Assembly (NCBI GenBank): GCA_040954595.2
Contig: CM082593.2
Span: 3,551,434 to 3,615,433 of the forward strand
DNA length: 64,000 bases
Reading direction: 5' to 3'
Source: Balanoglossus misakiensis
Lineage: Eukaryota; Animalia; Hemichordata
The notes under the pieces are model-generated. The model saw only the letters and a list, made by a program, of their open reading frames with translations. It had not been told where the DNA came from and did no database searches. Both the position numbers and the translations under genes were made by a program. Every line of letters begins with the position of its first letter. The stretch's first letter is position 1. This document shows, one piece after another, positions 49,195 through 64,000 of the stretch.

Positions 49195-49362
49195 AATATT
49201 TACAACTACGCCATTGCATGCATTGGGGTAACAGTGTCAAACCATCCTCCGCCATCCATCCATCTTTTGAAGAAATTTTCCTTCATCTTGATTCACAGAC
49301 CCATTCTAAACGATCAGAAACACGTAATCGTCTATATTTTGTGCTGCTATCACAATATCAAG

Positions 49363-51251
<1,889 letters not shown>

Positions 51252-52607
51252 AATGCAAGACTGCATTGACTTGTGAATCATACATGAACTCTCTACTCTT
51301 ATTGTGACCTGTGACAAACTTATTTATATCTCGAAACAGACAAAAATGTAAGATGCCCATGTCTCTTGCAATGTGAATATCCAACTTGTACTACCCCAAC
51401 AGAAATTTTTTATTGTAGAGCTAGGCAAAAATAGGTTGTAGATATTGGTGTCCTATTTCTAGCATCAGATTTTTTTTCTTCATTTCTCAATCAGTTTTAT
51501 CGAACCATATACAGAAACAGTTGAAAAGTTTTACTGTATTGGACATTGATAAAATATTATTACTTTGGTTTTGAGGATTCTAAATCTTGACTGTTGAATT
51601 CTGCTCATTGAAAGTTTTGCAGAATTTTCCTTCCTTGTATAATATACCATTTTGAAGTAATAAAAATTAACTTCATTTTCATACAAGTTGTGAGTGGTAT
51701 CATGTTGATCAACACTAACTCTACAGCCATAGCCCTACAATAAACTCCAGCATCTCCTTGTCAGCAACATAAGAGTACATTTCATATGAATATCAAAAGA
51801 AACAACTATCCCTTTGAGACAATTTCATAAAACAAATTTATCGTGGAGTTAAATTTATACAAAATTAAATAGATACCAAGACCATTTTATATATCACACC
51901 AATTATGAACAAACCTAACCTGCTACAAAATATACACCCACAGTATTGAAGTATAATTTGACAAACATATACACATAGACAATATAAATAATATATAAAG
52001 TTACTTTGCTTTTTGTATTAACAGAGAAGTGTTCACTGAACTCCACAATAAAATAAATCTGTAAGATGCCATGTTTTTCAGGATAGTGAAATATAAATAC
52101 AGGTATGAAAACTAAAGTGTAGTTCATTGGCCACTTTAAATGTGGTATATTTGCTTTTCACACTTAAAATGTACTGTCATGAAAAAAAAAGAATATACTG
52201 GCCTTGAATCTCTAATAAAAACAAACTTAGTGATTTGATAACTGATTACTCATAGTTACTAGAACTTAGAATTCAAAATAGCTGCCCAATTTGACAGAAA
52301 TCTGATTTTTGTGAAAGCAAGCTGTCAAACAGTTACACATACATTTGTTTCTGGTTTTCAATCCAATGACTTCAATAACTTTGAAACAAACACAATGGAA
52401 ATGCACAGAAGGTAATTTTTCTGAAACCCTGTCACCACTGACTGTCACATGTCTACATATACATGCACCATGCTGTGGAAACTTCTGCTGAAGAATGCAT
52501 TTCAACCCTTGAACAGACACTCAGAAGATCCACTCCAACAAGTGGAAGAACCACAGTTTACATCTGACTGTGCCAAATCAACAGCTGCTCTTCTCTTCAG
52601 ATGCCTG

Positions 52608-53527
52608 TCATCTGTCATCCCGTTTCTCAATTTCTTCACTTATTTTCAGTTGAAGGGCCTCGATAAGGGGTGCATCAAGCCCCAACTCGGAGCCAAACCG
52701 CTCGGCAAGAACTTCAGCTTTATCACCCTGAACACGAGATTGAAAAAAAAGCAGTACATTTAGTTTCATCATGGAGACTTGTATATGTTTATATAATGCG
52801 GTGTTGCTCAAATGGAAATATATATATCATATTTGCATAGGGACTACACCATAAAAATCAAATGCATTATTAGGAGAAACTGTACCTTGTCAACCATAAA
52901 TTCAGTTATTATCCCTGAGTCTGATTCAAATTCAAGTTTGAACAGATGACTGCTTGAGTTAGTTCTACCTGCAAATACAGAATGCAAAAAAAAAACCTGA
53001 AAAGCCTAGTCTTAATCACTGGAACTGGTCACTTGCTGAAAGGAATGTGAAATTGAAAATGCAGTATTTTCATTGAAGAAGACTTGTATACGTTGATATA
53101 ATCTGCTGATCACTTCACCTGTTTGATTTCCCCTACTTGGTGGTGTATATAGCTCAATGTTTGGTTTCTTGGGTTTATTGCCGGAGGGCGTACGGCGTGG
53201 AGGCCTTTGCTGCATTTTGGCAAATTTGACTTCCTTGTCATAGTCATCTCTGTATATGAAAACGAGTTAGACGAAGAACATAAATGCATGAGTATGTACA
53301 TGTACATGTAGTATGTACACAAACAAACAATAGCAATGTACAACTACAAGTATGTATGCCAAAACTCTACTTAACTTTCCTAAGTGCAAAGACGAAAGTT
53401 GTAAAATATAACAAGGCATGGTAGATACTTGCCTATCGACCTGATTTTTAATTATATGCCTCATAAAGCCATGACCCATGTCAAGTTTTGCGGTTTTCAT
53501 TCCACCTCCATCGTCGTCAGCCGCCAT
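52608..53527 (-). CDS. C2orf68: UPF0561 family protein, C2orf68 homologue, 4 exons
   Basis: Spliced product MAADD...KLDMGHGFMRHIIKNQVDR|DDYDKEVK...KPKKPNIELYTPP...HLFKLEFESDSGIITEFMVDK|GDKAEVLAE...LDAPLIEALQLKISEEIEKR. This matches my recollection of C2orf68 motifs (RLDMNHGF..IRRNQIARDDYDKKVK; LF.LEYEADSG; EALKLRIQEEIAKR). Confidence 0.85.
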
Positions 53528-53781
53528 TTTCGGTTTCAAACACCGGAAGTGTGTACTGACCTTTCACCTCAACACAGCACTTTGTAAAACTGCGTTTTTC
53601 AAGTATTTCAGCCAATTTTTGAAGTATTTCCTGATTAAGTGGAATAAGTAGAGTATTAAAAACTGAACGGGTATTATTATGAATCCAAACATGCAACAAA
53701 AAAGAAGTTTTTCGTAAAGTTATCATTTATGTGGTCCAGCGAAACTGATGACGTAGATCACACTGTATTTCCAAAATGGCC
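53521..53781. promoter_or_regulatory. Bidirectional promoter between C2orf68 and USP39
   Basis: 248 bp between divergent ATGs. ETS/GABP motif CCGGAAGTG at 53543-53551, TGACGT at 53749-53754, and YY1-like AAAATGGC over both start codons. Confidence 0.7.
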
Positions 53782-56700
53782 TCACAGAAGAGGAAACGTG
53801 TTGTTGACGACGATGCTGCAGACGATCGTTCTGTCGAAGATAGCGAGGCAACAATCGGTGAGTTGCGAATTCATCAGATTGAACCGTTATTTGAAGTAAA
53901 TGCTTGCACGTGTAGCGCGATACTTTCTGCGGTTTATGATTGTACATGTATACGTTTTGTTATGAACACGAAGTTGTCAGTTTCACGAATGCACTAGATT
54001 TGTTTTTGCTCGGCGATCGCCTGTGTCATATGCGATCGCCGTGTAAAAACAACTCTCCTGCGACTGTGATTCACCATGTTGTCACTAACACGTGCGTCCC
54101 AGACAGTCGGATACGAAAACAGACCGTAAACTGTTACCAGCGAAAGCATTGATCACACTGAACTAGCTTAGATCTTTGTGGTTGCATATGTGGGGTAGTG
54201 ACTACTGACTAGTGTTGGAGTGGGGTGTGGAAATGTGTGTGTGTGTGTGTGTGTGTGTGCCTACATGCATGCATTCATTCTTTTCTTTTTTCGATTATAG
54301 TAATCAAGAAACAATCTTTCGATAGCAGAACTTGTCCCTATTTGGATACAATTAACAGGTAAGTTAAATCCAGGTTAGTCATATGACTATATACCAGGAT
54401 TGCTTTGATTGTGTCGATGGCATCTCTCTCAGTACAGGTATACATTAACTTCATCTTATTCACTTTTTCTCTCAACAGAAATGTTTTGGATTTTGACTTT
54501 GAGAAGCTTTGTTCAGTGTCTCTATCTCACATCAATGTCTATGCATGTTTGGTATGTGGAAAGTACTTTCAAGGTGAGTTAGCTAAAGCCTAACATATTT
54601 TCCAAAGTATTTTTGTCTACCTCATAAATTTACATATATTAATTTTTTTTCGAGAAATACCCTATATATAGCGCCACCGGTGTTCATATTTTAAGTTCTT
54701 TTGTCTAATAGATCATTTGTTACTTTCATCGAATCTCTTTCAGGAAGAGGACTGAAGTCACATGCGTACACTCACAGTGTCGAAGTGGACCATCATGTTT
54801 TTCTTAATCTGCATACACTCAAATTTTACTGCCTGCCTGACAACTATGAAGTCATAGATTCATCACTTGATGACATCAAGGCAAGTGACAAAAACATTTT
54901 GCTGAACTTTTAAGCTGGTTCATTAAAAATCAAGATGTTTGGAAAATAAATTCCCTATACCTAATGAATGAACACTAACCAGTGTCATATTTCCCATCAC
55001 AGTATGTACTGCAACCCACTTTCACCAAAGATCACATCAGACATTTAGACAAGACAGAAAAATTGTCCAGAGCATACGATGGAAGTACATACTTACCTGG
55101 GGTAGTTGGTCTGAACAACATCAAAGCCAATGACTATTGTAATGTGGTTCTACATGTGAGTATATTTAGAGTATTTTGTACTTAACTGATGTCCCAGTAA
55201 TTTTGATAAAGATGTACTAAGTCTTATGTCTGGAAAAAACAACCACTTGTTATTTTTAGGCCTTCGCTCACGTACCACCACTGAGAAACTATTTCTTGCG
55301 GGAAGAAAACTACCAGAAGATCAAGAGACCACCAGGTGACATTCTGATACTACTGTCGCAAAGGTTTGGTGAGCTGATGAGAAAAATGTGGAACCCCCGA
55401 AACTTCAAGGCACACGTCAGCCCCCACGAGATGTTGCAAGCCGTGGTGTTGTGCAGCAAGAAGAAATTTCAGATCACAGAACAAGGTGAGTGCTGATAGC
55501 TAGTTGCCAATTGCTCATTGGTTGATTATCATCCAGAAGCATTTGAATGGTCCAATCAAAATGAATGTTACATCCTAACCACACAAAGCCAACAGCAGCA
55601 AATTTTATAACATTGTCTCTGATAGGTGACCCGGTGGAATTCATGTCCTGGTTCTTGAACACACTTCACCAAGCCCTGAACGGGGGCAAGAACCGAGACA
55701 GCAGCATTATCTACAAGACATTCCAGGGAGCCATGAAGATATATTCGAGCAAGTTGCCGCCAGCCGACGTGGAGGAACTGGAAAAGCAAGCACTCATGCA
55801 GAGCGAAGACTATCAGGGTACCATTTGTGAAAATTATATTCTCAAGAAAAAAAAGTTGTGGTTTCTAAGATCAACCTAGGAGTAAGGCCCTTGCTAAGTC
55901 AAACCCCTGACAAAGTGGTAGTGTACCCTAACCTAAAATTTTCTTCCATTCTGTTCCAGAGACAATATCGTATTCACCGTTTTTGTACCTGACGTTGGAT
56001 ATTCCACCAGCACCCTTGTTCAAAGACGAACTGGAACAGAATATAATCCCTCAAGTTCCACTGCACACACTGCTCAGTAAATTTGATGGCAGTTCAGAAA
56101 AGGTGAGAAGACAAGGGCATAACTACAACATTCATGACTGCTGTATTCTACCAACTTATCCTTATTTGCACGATGCAACTAAGAGTGCTACCAGCTACCA
56201 CATGTTGAAATATAAAGAATGTACATCATATTTTTTCCCCCACCCAGGAATACAAGACTTACAAAGACTCCACGATGAAAAGATTCGAGTTGACTCATCT
56301 GCCGAAGTATCTTATCCTCTACATCAAGAGATTCACCAAGAATATTTTCTTTGTTGAGAAAAATCCAACCATCGTCAACTTTCCTGTCAAGTGAGTATTG
56401 ATACTAATGTATGCTGTAGATAACTGCTTACCATTTTACAAATACAGGCTTCCTTTCCGATATATTTCTCTTCCAATCATGAAGGAATGTAGACTTCCGG
56501 GAGTATCTGACCAAAGATCCAGAAGTCCAGAAGAGGCACAAGTACACCACCTACGACTTGACGGCAAATATTGTACATGAAGGCGATCCTAAGAAGGGAA
56601 CATTCAGGGCACATATACTGCACAAGGTATTTTTATATTATCCATTGGACTGTTGGGAATCACTATCATAAAAAAATGTATTTCTTACTGTAGTGTTGGA

Positions 56701-57091
56701 TATATCTATTTTATATTACTTCAACTCAAAATAGATACTCAACCAAGGTAAATATTGTTTCATTGACAGGGTTCAGGTAAATGGTATGAAATTCAAGATC
56801 TGCATGTCACAGAAATATTGCCGCAGATGATAACGCTGTCAGAAGCATATGTTCAGGTAAGTTTTTTGTTGTCCCCGTTCCATTGAATTGCATTGTAAGG
56901 TTGGGCAACTAAAGAGGGAACTGGGGTGATAACGTCATCCCTGTTTTTGTCGGACAACTGGTATGTTCTCAAAAATTAATTTCTCATTTTTTTTCCAGAT
57001 TTGGGCATTGCGGACAGAAGATGATGACACCACTGCCTCGACTTCAAAATCGCGACAAAATGCAAACAGTGACAAAAAGGAAACTTCGTGA
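53776..57091 (+). CDS. USP39: U4/U6.U5 tri-snRNP-associated protein 2 (Sad1-like pseudo-deubiquitinase), multi-exon
   Basis: CPYLDTINRNVLDFDFEKLCSVSLSHINVYACLVCGKYFQG (ZnF-UBP), GVVGLNNIKANDYCN, WNPRNFKAHVSPHEMLQA, EKNPTIVNFP and ILPQMITLSEAYVQIW; TGA at 57089-57091. Confidence 0.97.
54234..54259. repeat. (TG)n microsatellite in USP39 intron 1
   Basis: Directly visible dinucleotide run. Confidence 0.95.
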
Positions 57092-58403
57092 ACAGTTGAC
57101 CATTTTCTGACTGTACGAGAACCTGCAAGATTTCGTGTTGCTAGGCAATAATTTTATGACTCAGTTGTTTTCCTTGGCGTTTAAGTTTTGTTATGTGAAA
57201 AACGATGTGGTCAAATCTGAAATTCACTTGTTTTTTTTTATGCTGAGAAATAAAATGATACATTTTTTTTTACAATTATTTTGTTGTCATCGTTTCTAAC
57301 AGAACATTCATCATAATGAGCATCAGAGATGACAAATCATGAATTCATTTTGCTTGTGAAATTAGTGAAATAAACAACATTTTGCAACGTACTCCTGATG
57401 AAAAGCATGTTACATACATAATGTCTACTCGGAACTCAAACCAAGAAACTGACATTTACAATCAGTGATCGGTCATTGCCCCCTTTGTCGTGCTAAAAAT
57501 AGATACGTTGCATTGATTTCCAAGGCTGCAGTTTCCTAATAATAAAGAATGATGTCACCAAGTTCAAAGGTTGAAAGATAAAACACGTACGTAAGTCGTA
57601 TCCAGTTGACAGAGTTGTATTAGGTAATAGACTGAATGATAGGGGTCAAAGAACCAGACCAACTTGAATGGTGCAAATTAGAGAGAATTATGGGTAATTT
57701 CTGATCTCCCGAGGACCCTCCATGTCAATCACATGGAAGGTCACATGGTAGATAATGCTTAGCCTATTGTTATGTCCTCATTGTCCTAAAGTCTTTAGGT
57801 CTATTGAGACAACTTTGACCAACATTTTCAATGATGAAAGCTCAAATATGGCTAGTACTGGTAAAGGCAAAGCTGAGCCTAAACATCAGGATGATTATAG
57901 CTGATCATATTTCATTTTGGGGGGAGGGGGAGGGGAAATAAGATGCAAGGGCTTGACATGGACTGCAATGCTGTTTTAATCTCATGAATATTCATGATAC
58001 AGGAATTCACTATTCCCGACTGTCACACTTACGAAATTTAAAGGTTTCTATACCACTGAACGCCAACATCAAGCAGAAGATGGGTGACGGAAAACTAACA
58101 ACTCAAAATTGGATTAAACAGTGTTACTGGGGCTACAAATGTATAGACACTGACAGTCATGTTGTTCAGAAATACAACAACAGTATTCTGCGATATCAAC
58201 AATGTTAAATCAATACCAATATTAAAACAAACTGCCCAAATTTATTTCATCACCTGACACCACGCATTAAAATTCTCCGCAGCCATGCAAACATTCGCCC
58301 CACACATTCAAATCTTCAACCTTCAGGATATTTGGTTACAAAATTAAACCAAATAATTGAAGAAACTCAACTGGCGGTTGATCTCATCAAAACTCCCTTT
58401 TTG

Positions 58404-58645
58404 ATAAGTGAAAGGGTTGTCGCGCCGCGTTTGTTTCTTCATAAACATTACAATTCATCCACAAATCCCTGAAATTATATAATCCTTAGAATGAACGAAG
58501 CAGCCAACCTACGTGTAGACTGGGCATGACAGCATCTGAAGATCCTATTACATCATGGCGACTGCAGTGGGATTTGTGCTGGTATGGGAGGACTTGTTCT
58601 CTTCAAGGGGGACACCCACGCGGCGCGACGACCCCTTCCCTTTAA
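58404..58645. mobile_element. ~240-bp MITE with imperfect ~25-bp TIRs (TTAA/AGGG terminus, Kolobok/T2-like)
   Basis: Left end GAAAGGGTTGTCGCGCCGCGT is the imperfect reverse complement of right end ACGCGGCGCGACGACCCCTTCCCTTTAA. A second, partial copy lies at 41631-41740. Confidence 0.6.
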
Positions 58646-60031
58646 GTAGATAGAAAAAATACAGATGTCTTTATACTGCTTGATGTTTCACCAAATCAAA
58701 GGAGAGAAATATTAAAAAATATTTGGCTGATCTTATCAAAGTTACAAATTTAAAATTTTGATTCCACATAAAGTAAAAGCTATTCTCTAAGAAAAAAAAA
58801 TCAATCAATTTTTTAAAATGTAGACGCTTAAAAGTGACAACAAGTAATGATAGATGATATTTTCAGATAACCCAGTGATTATAGTTACGTGTCAAGTTTT
58901 GTGAAACTAATACACTGGACTTTGATACATGGTTGATGGATTAAGAGTCTGGGTAAACAGTGTCTGGTCTTAGTCCAAGCACGACTTCAAAACGTGATTG
59001 ACAGCAAGTCAAGTGATGGTCAAATATGACAGTTGCCATTTAGTGTGTTGAGCTTCAGTTTTCAATTATTTGTTATTCTTTCTGAAGACATTTCACAGGA
59101 ATTTTTCTCTCATTTCCATTTTCTGAAATGACTCTCCACCAGAACTTGACAACTTGTACAAAAATGGATATTTAGTTTTAACAAAATTATGAATTACTGA
59201 TAAACTAGCATGCGAAACTGTCAACCGTGAAAAAAAATCTCTGTTCTTGTTAATTTTTTCATAAAAACCCGCAAACTGTTGGCATATGTTTCTTTTAAGA
59301 AAAATGCTCCTGTCATGCAAGCAACAAACTGTTACTGCAAAAGTTAAAAAAAATGCAAGTAAAAAAATAACAAGAACACTTTAGAAATGTTTTACCTGTT
59401 CAAAAATGACAAAATGAGTCAAATCACATGACAATATGATCTCTGACTGATGTACACTGTACTACATGCACAAATTTTGCAAAGGACATTGGATCAAAGG
59501 TCATATTACCATTGTTTGCAAGCACTGAACTCAGAGTATCTCAGGAGTCTGTCGCTAAGTTCAAAGGTCACAACTAAAACTTGTCAAAGGATATACCAGT
59601 GACCACTTTCTTTGTAAATGCTGTTACATAGGCACTTGGTTTCAAAAACAGTTTTCAAAGCTGACTTCCTCAGGAATAACAGTTATCATACATACAGTAA
59701 TACAATACAATACACAAATTCCCACTGAAAATAGTTATATTGGTCACGAAATTTGCATCAACAAAGGGTAGCAACCATCTCATCTATCTTACAAACAGAA
59801 TGCAGAAAGGCGTTGTCATTTATCTTTGAGTACACTACACAGTATACCATAATTGTCCCTTATATCGTTACGTTTTTATAATGCTCCTATTTTTAGATCA
59901 GCCTATTGAAAAAATAAAAGGGGTGGACATGTATAATTAGCCTCATGTTATTATAATATAATAATAGAATTCATCGTGAATACAATAATAACATAATCTT
60001 CTAATTGTGAAATTAGACCTTCATTAGTAAA

Positions 60032-63000
60032 TTATAAAGATCCATCCCCGGTACGAATCTTCCTTTTCTTCACCACGTCTGGGCTCATCTGTTTCCTGTC
60101 GTACGCAAGGCCCAGGTACGAGAAGATATCAATAAAGAGTTTCGTGGTATTCATACGCTCGAAACCAAATTCGCTCGTAGCGTAATCTCCGGGGAAGGTG
60201 TGATGATAATTGTGGAATCCCTCGCCCATCGCCGTGACGATGACGAAGCGGTTCTCGGTGGGGTTGATGAAGCGGTCGTAGGGCTTGCTGCCGTACATGT
60301 GGGCGAGGCTGTTGACGCACCACGTGACGTGGAGCGTCACGGCGTAGCGCAGCAGGGAGCACACGTAGAAGGCGTTCCATTTCGTCTCTCCCCAGTACGT
60401 CGGGATGACGGCCGGCAGAATGAAACAGACCAGCAGCATAAGTGGCACGTAGAATCTGCAAGTAGTCAAAAAACAAGCAATGTCACACATTATCCTCTTC
60501 CTGGAAAAAAAAAACAGATCTGTTCAGGAAACGATCTTATGTGTATAATTATACATTGTATATAAAGACATATACTATAGCATAATCCATAGCCTAATGA
60601 ATTTCCACCAATATGGGATTTTCAAGACAAAATTTGGCTTTTCAAAATTGTCAGCCAATAAAACATGCTTACTTCCTCTGGATTCGTACGATTGGATCAG
60701 CTTTCAGGTCACTGAGGTCAATGGTCTTCCCCTTTCTGATGACTTCAGGGTGCTTTCTGACCAACAGCCAACCAACGTGAGAAAAGAAGAAGCCTCTCTT
60801 GGCATTGTGGGGATCGGCGTCCGTCTCAGAGTACTTGTGGTGAACTCGGTGATCGCGAGCCCATTCAAAGATGTCATTCTGGAGGGGGAGGTAAAAATTG
60901 AAATGTGACAATTGATCACTGAACCCACCTTAAAACCTTCTCAATACCATGATTTGGTCCGAATCCATTGATTTCCATGGAAAATGCCATTTTTTCTAAA
61001 CAAACCAACACAAAGCTAGCACATACATGTACACATATGCAAAATTCAGCCATGCTCCTAGTCTCCCATTCAACACTGCAATATGAAAATGGAGTCTACA
61101 TGGCAAGATCTTGCACATTTGTATCTGGCTGATTGAATGTGTTTGTAGATGTCAGACTGACCTGAAACGCTAAAGTCTGCATGATTGCCAACAGGATACG
61201 AAGAGGGAATCTAGCCTTGTAAGTTCGATGAGCCCACAAACGATGAGCACCAGCAGTGATACCAGTAGCACCTAAGTAGTACAATACAAAAGCTGTGTGG
61301 AAAACAGAATGGGATGGTTATAAATCAAACAGTTTTTAATTTTAGACGATCACAATAATAACAGATGTACAAATATTTTCAGAAATAAAAAGTGAAACCA
61401 TCATCCGTTTAACGTTATCAAAAAAGGCAGTATTTAACCCTATCTCCACCATGGTTCAGTCCAAACCCTTTGATTTCTATGGTAAGGTTGAACCTCTAAA
61501 GAGTTGAACTGGGGGTGAAAGGGTTAACCCTTTCACCGCCATGGTTCAGTCCAAACGCATTGTTTTCTATATGGTATAAAAAAGATTGGACCGCTAAAAG
61601 GGGAACTGTGGGTGAAATGGATAATGTTTTAAATTCGATATCACTCAATACTGCAAGAATAGCAGTTTGAACGGAATATGAACCGAGACCCATTGGCCTT
61701 GCCATTTACACACAGATTCAAAGTTCACAACGGGAATCGCTGTCTAGGACTAGAATGTCACCCCTCAGAAAAAATATCTGTGACAACCGTGTCATGTTTT
61801 GATGGAGTTTGACCAGCGAAGATCCAATTACACTCATGTGATGCTGATGATGACGGTGATCAAGTGATGGACTTTAATCGGTTGCCAGGGTAACCGGGTT
61901 TAGTTTTCACCAGGTGCACAGTTGTTCAGATAAATGTATGTGCGAAAGAGAAGAAAATGAGCCATAAAAGTCATTTGTATTCAGACTATCAACCATATGC
62001 ATCAAGCATAACAGATCACTTGAACTATGGGATGCAAGTACAAAGACTGACCTACCATAAATTTCCATGTAAAGTGACCATACATTACAAGCACTGTACA
62101 CCATACATGTACCTTTCCTGACCCTAGGCTGAGTGCCAGACATGGGCTAAATATAGAAACATGGTTCCTTTTTTTATGAGACCAGCAAAATTAACGACTT
62201 AATGATCATAAATGTAGCTGGAATCTCATGTTCTTGGCTTGTTATGTTGTGGTTGTTGCCGTTGTTATCTTGGCCTTGTTAATGTTCTGTACATTTCAGT
62301 CTTCTGTATTTTGAATTACAGTTGTATCCAATACTCAATAGTTTACAACCTTGAGCTGTCTGGAGCTCCTTTAGTTAACGCTGGCCTTGTCTTGTCTAAT
62401 TTCTATTCCAAGGGACACTTATGTAAGTGGATCTGTTGTTACATGACGCGCGGTCTGGCGGTTCCAGACTTTGGCGAAACAGGTCCTGTTTTTTACTTGA
62501 TGTTCATGTTTATATACAGCAAGCAAAAAAAAAATAACTGTCTCAATCACCATCATAATAACAACACTGTGTTTTGTTAGGAAGGGTTTTCTTCACTGTT
62601 TTTGTCAGCTTGTGTTCGCCCTAGTGAATAAAATAGTGTCCGTCGCGTCGATATCTCGCCCGTGTGGTCTACGTGTACGCGTACGGCGCGCCGACGTGTT
62701 CATTTCACAGGCGCTATGTCGCATTTCATTTATGAGAAGTGCGCAAAGCCGGGCAAACACGTGGTTGTTTGATGGATGTACATGATGTTTACGTGACACA
62801 CAATATTAAACACATAAATACGTGTAGCTTATGAGAAATATTATACTAAAGTGAAACTCACCGAAGACTGCAGTTTGCCATTTTAACGATGGAAACAAGA
62901 AGAGCGCGTACAGTGACGCAACGTGCAGCAGCCCCATAAGAATAACATTTCTCCAGACGATCTGATACTTCCTCTTCTCCGGAGAATGGTAGTCGATTTC

Positions 63001-63087
63001 ATCCGGAATGCTTGTCGCATCGGGTGTCGTCGACCCATGCTCCTCCTCCGTCGCTATCGTTTGAAACACGTCGTTTCTTGGTGGCAT
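60032..63087 (-). CDS. SCD: Stearoyl-CoA (delta-9) desaturase, 4 coding exons
   Basis: IVWRNVILMGLLH, GITAGAHRLWAHRTYKA, WARDHRVHHKYSETDADPHNAKRGFFFSH and GEGFHNYHHTFP (three His boxes); ends RTGDGSL*. Confidence 0.96.
61434..61624. mobile_element. Two tandem ~90-bp piggyBac-like MITEs in SCD intron 1
   Basis: TTAA-CCCT...GGGGGTGAAAGGG-TTAA-CCCTTTCACC...GGTGAAATGG. Terminal inverted repeats, a shared TTAA at 61524-61527, and internal CCATGGTTCAGTCCAAAC in both copies. Confidence 0.7.
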
Positions 63088-64000
63088 CTTGGTAGACCTT
63101 CTGAAGAGCTGTGATGATGGTCAACGGCGCGGCGTCAATGTATATACGGATCGGACGTTGAATCGAATATATGTTATCCTGCGCAGCTCAGGTTGTGAAA
63201 CAGGTCGCTGGCTTGAACTTTACTTTCAGGGTTTTGCTATTATTACAATGGGAGTAGAGGCGTTGAAATGACCTTAGATATCCGAACACACACTCTCATC
63301 AATCTAGAATATAGCATCAAAAAATTAAAACTTTTAATCGCATTTGAGTTTAAGATGTAGAGAAATTAATCTAGCACCGGGTTTTGTGATAAGTTTGGTT
63401 CCAATATATGAAAAACGAAAGACAAAGGAGGGGCCAGCTCTCTCACGCATATCACGGATTCATCCGTCGATTGATGCCTACCTACCTCGATAAAGATGGT
63501 TTGGACCAAATCATGTGACGTTTTCCAACAAGACTGCCACACAAATTGATCAGCTGACGGACTGCCTGTGTCACCGGCTTACAATTTTATGCGCCGTGTG
63601 CGTTTATAATTTTGGTGCCCGCTCAGAGATCATGACGCAGCTCAGATTCGATCATGCTCCTAAATTTAGACAGGGAACAATACGTTATATTCAAAGTTCG
63701 TGGGGTTGCGTTACAGTGCAGTGCGCTCAGCCCAGCCAAATCAACAATACGTCATCAGTCCAGGCTACGTACATGTGCTACAATTCAACCTTCTATGTAT
63801 AATAAGTGGGTTAGTTACGTACGAACACACGGTCGAATTATTCAATTACGTTGTATTAAACCATCCCTAAAGTAATCGTGGGGACCAAATAGACAGTCCG
63901 TTCGTATGTTTATTCATCAATTTCCCTTTTTGAAACGGATAAGGTCAATCACCAATTTCTCTTTTCGAAACATACATGTCGGGAAAACATGGATAGCTTG

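Noticed and set aside
55100-55155. USP domain lacking the catalytic Cys (NNIKANDY)
   Set aside because: An established feature of USP39/Sad1 pseudo-deubiquitinases, not pseudogenisation.

Overview
Intron-rich animal genomic DNA; an invertebrate deuterostome (hemichordate/echinoderm/amphioxus-like) is my inference from protein similarity. The ORF track mostly captures exon fragments, so genes were rebuilt by following splice sites and reading phase. Gene order: (+) 3' part of a giant Cys-rich modular protein (5 WAP, about 43 antistasin-like, 5 VWC, 3 thyroglobulin type-1 modules; 1-~16415); (-) ADH5; (+) two tandem SLC25A16 paralogues; (-) MICU1 head-to-head with (+) MCU; (-) PIWIL2 head-to-head with (+) PCNA; (-) C2orf68 head-to-head with (+) USP39; (-) SCD. 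There are also two families of TTAA-associated MITEs and several microsatellites. Main leads: (1) the giant multi-class protease-inhibitor-like array, whose paired Cys losses reveal its disulfide pattern; (2) four frame-preserving candidate cassette/micro-exons in the one long MICU1 intron, apparently where vertebrates insert the MICU1.1 micro-exon; (3) a duplicated SLC25A16 with altered substrate-site residues; (4) a MITE fragment in the probable PIWIL2 3' UTR; (5) GC-AG introns in three consecutive genes. All assignments come from reading the sequence; no searches were run.
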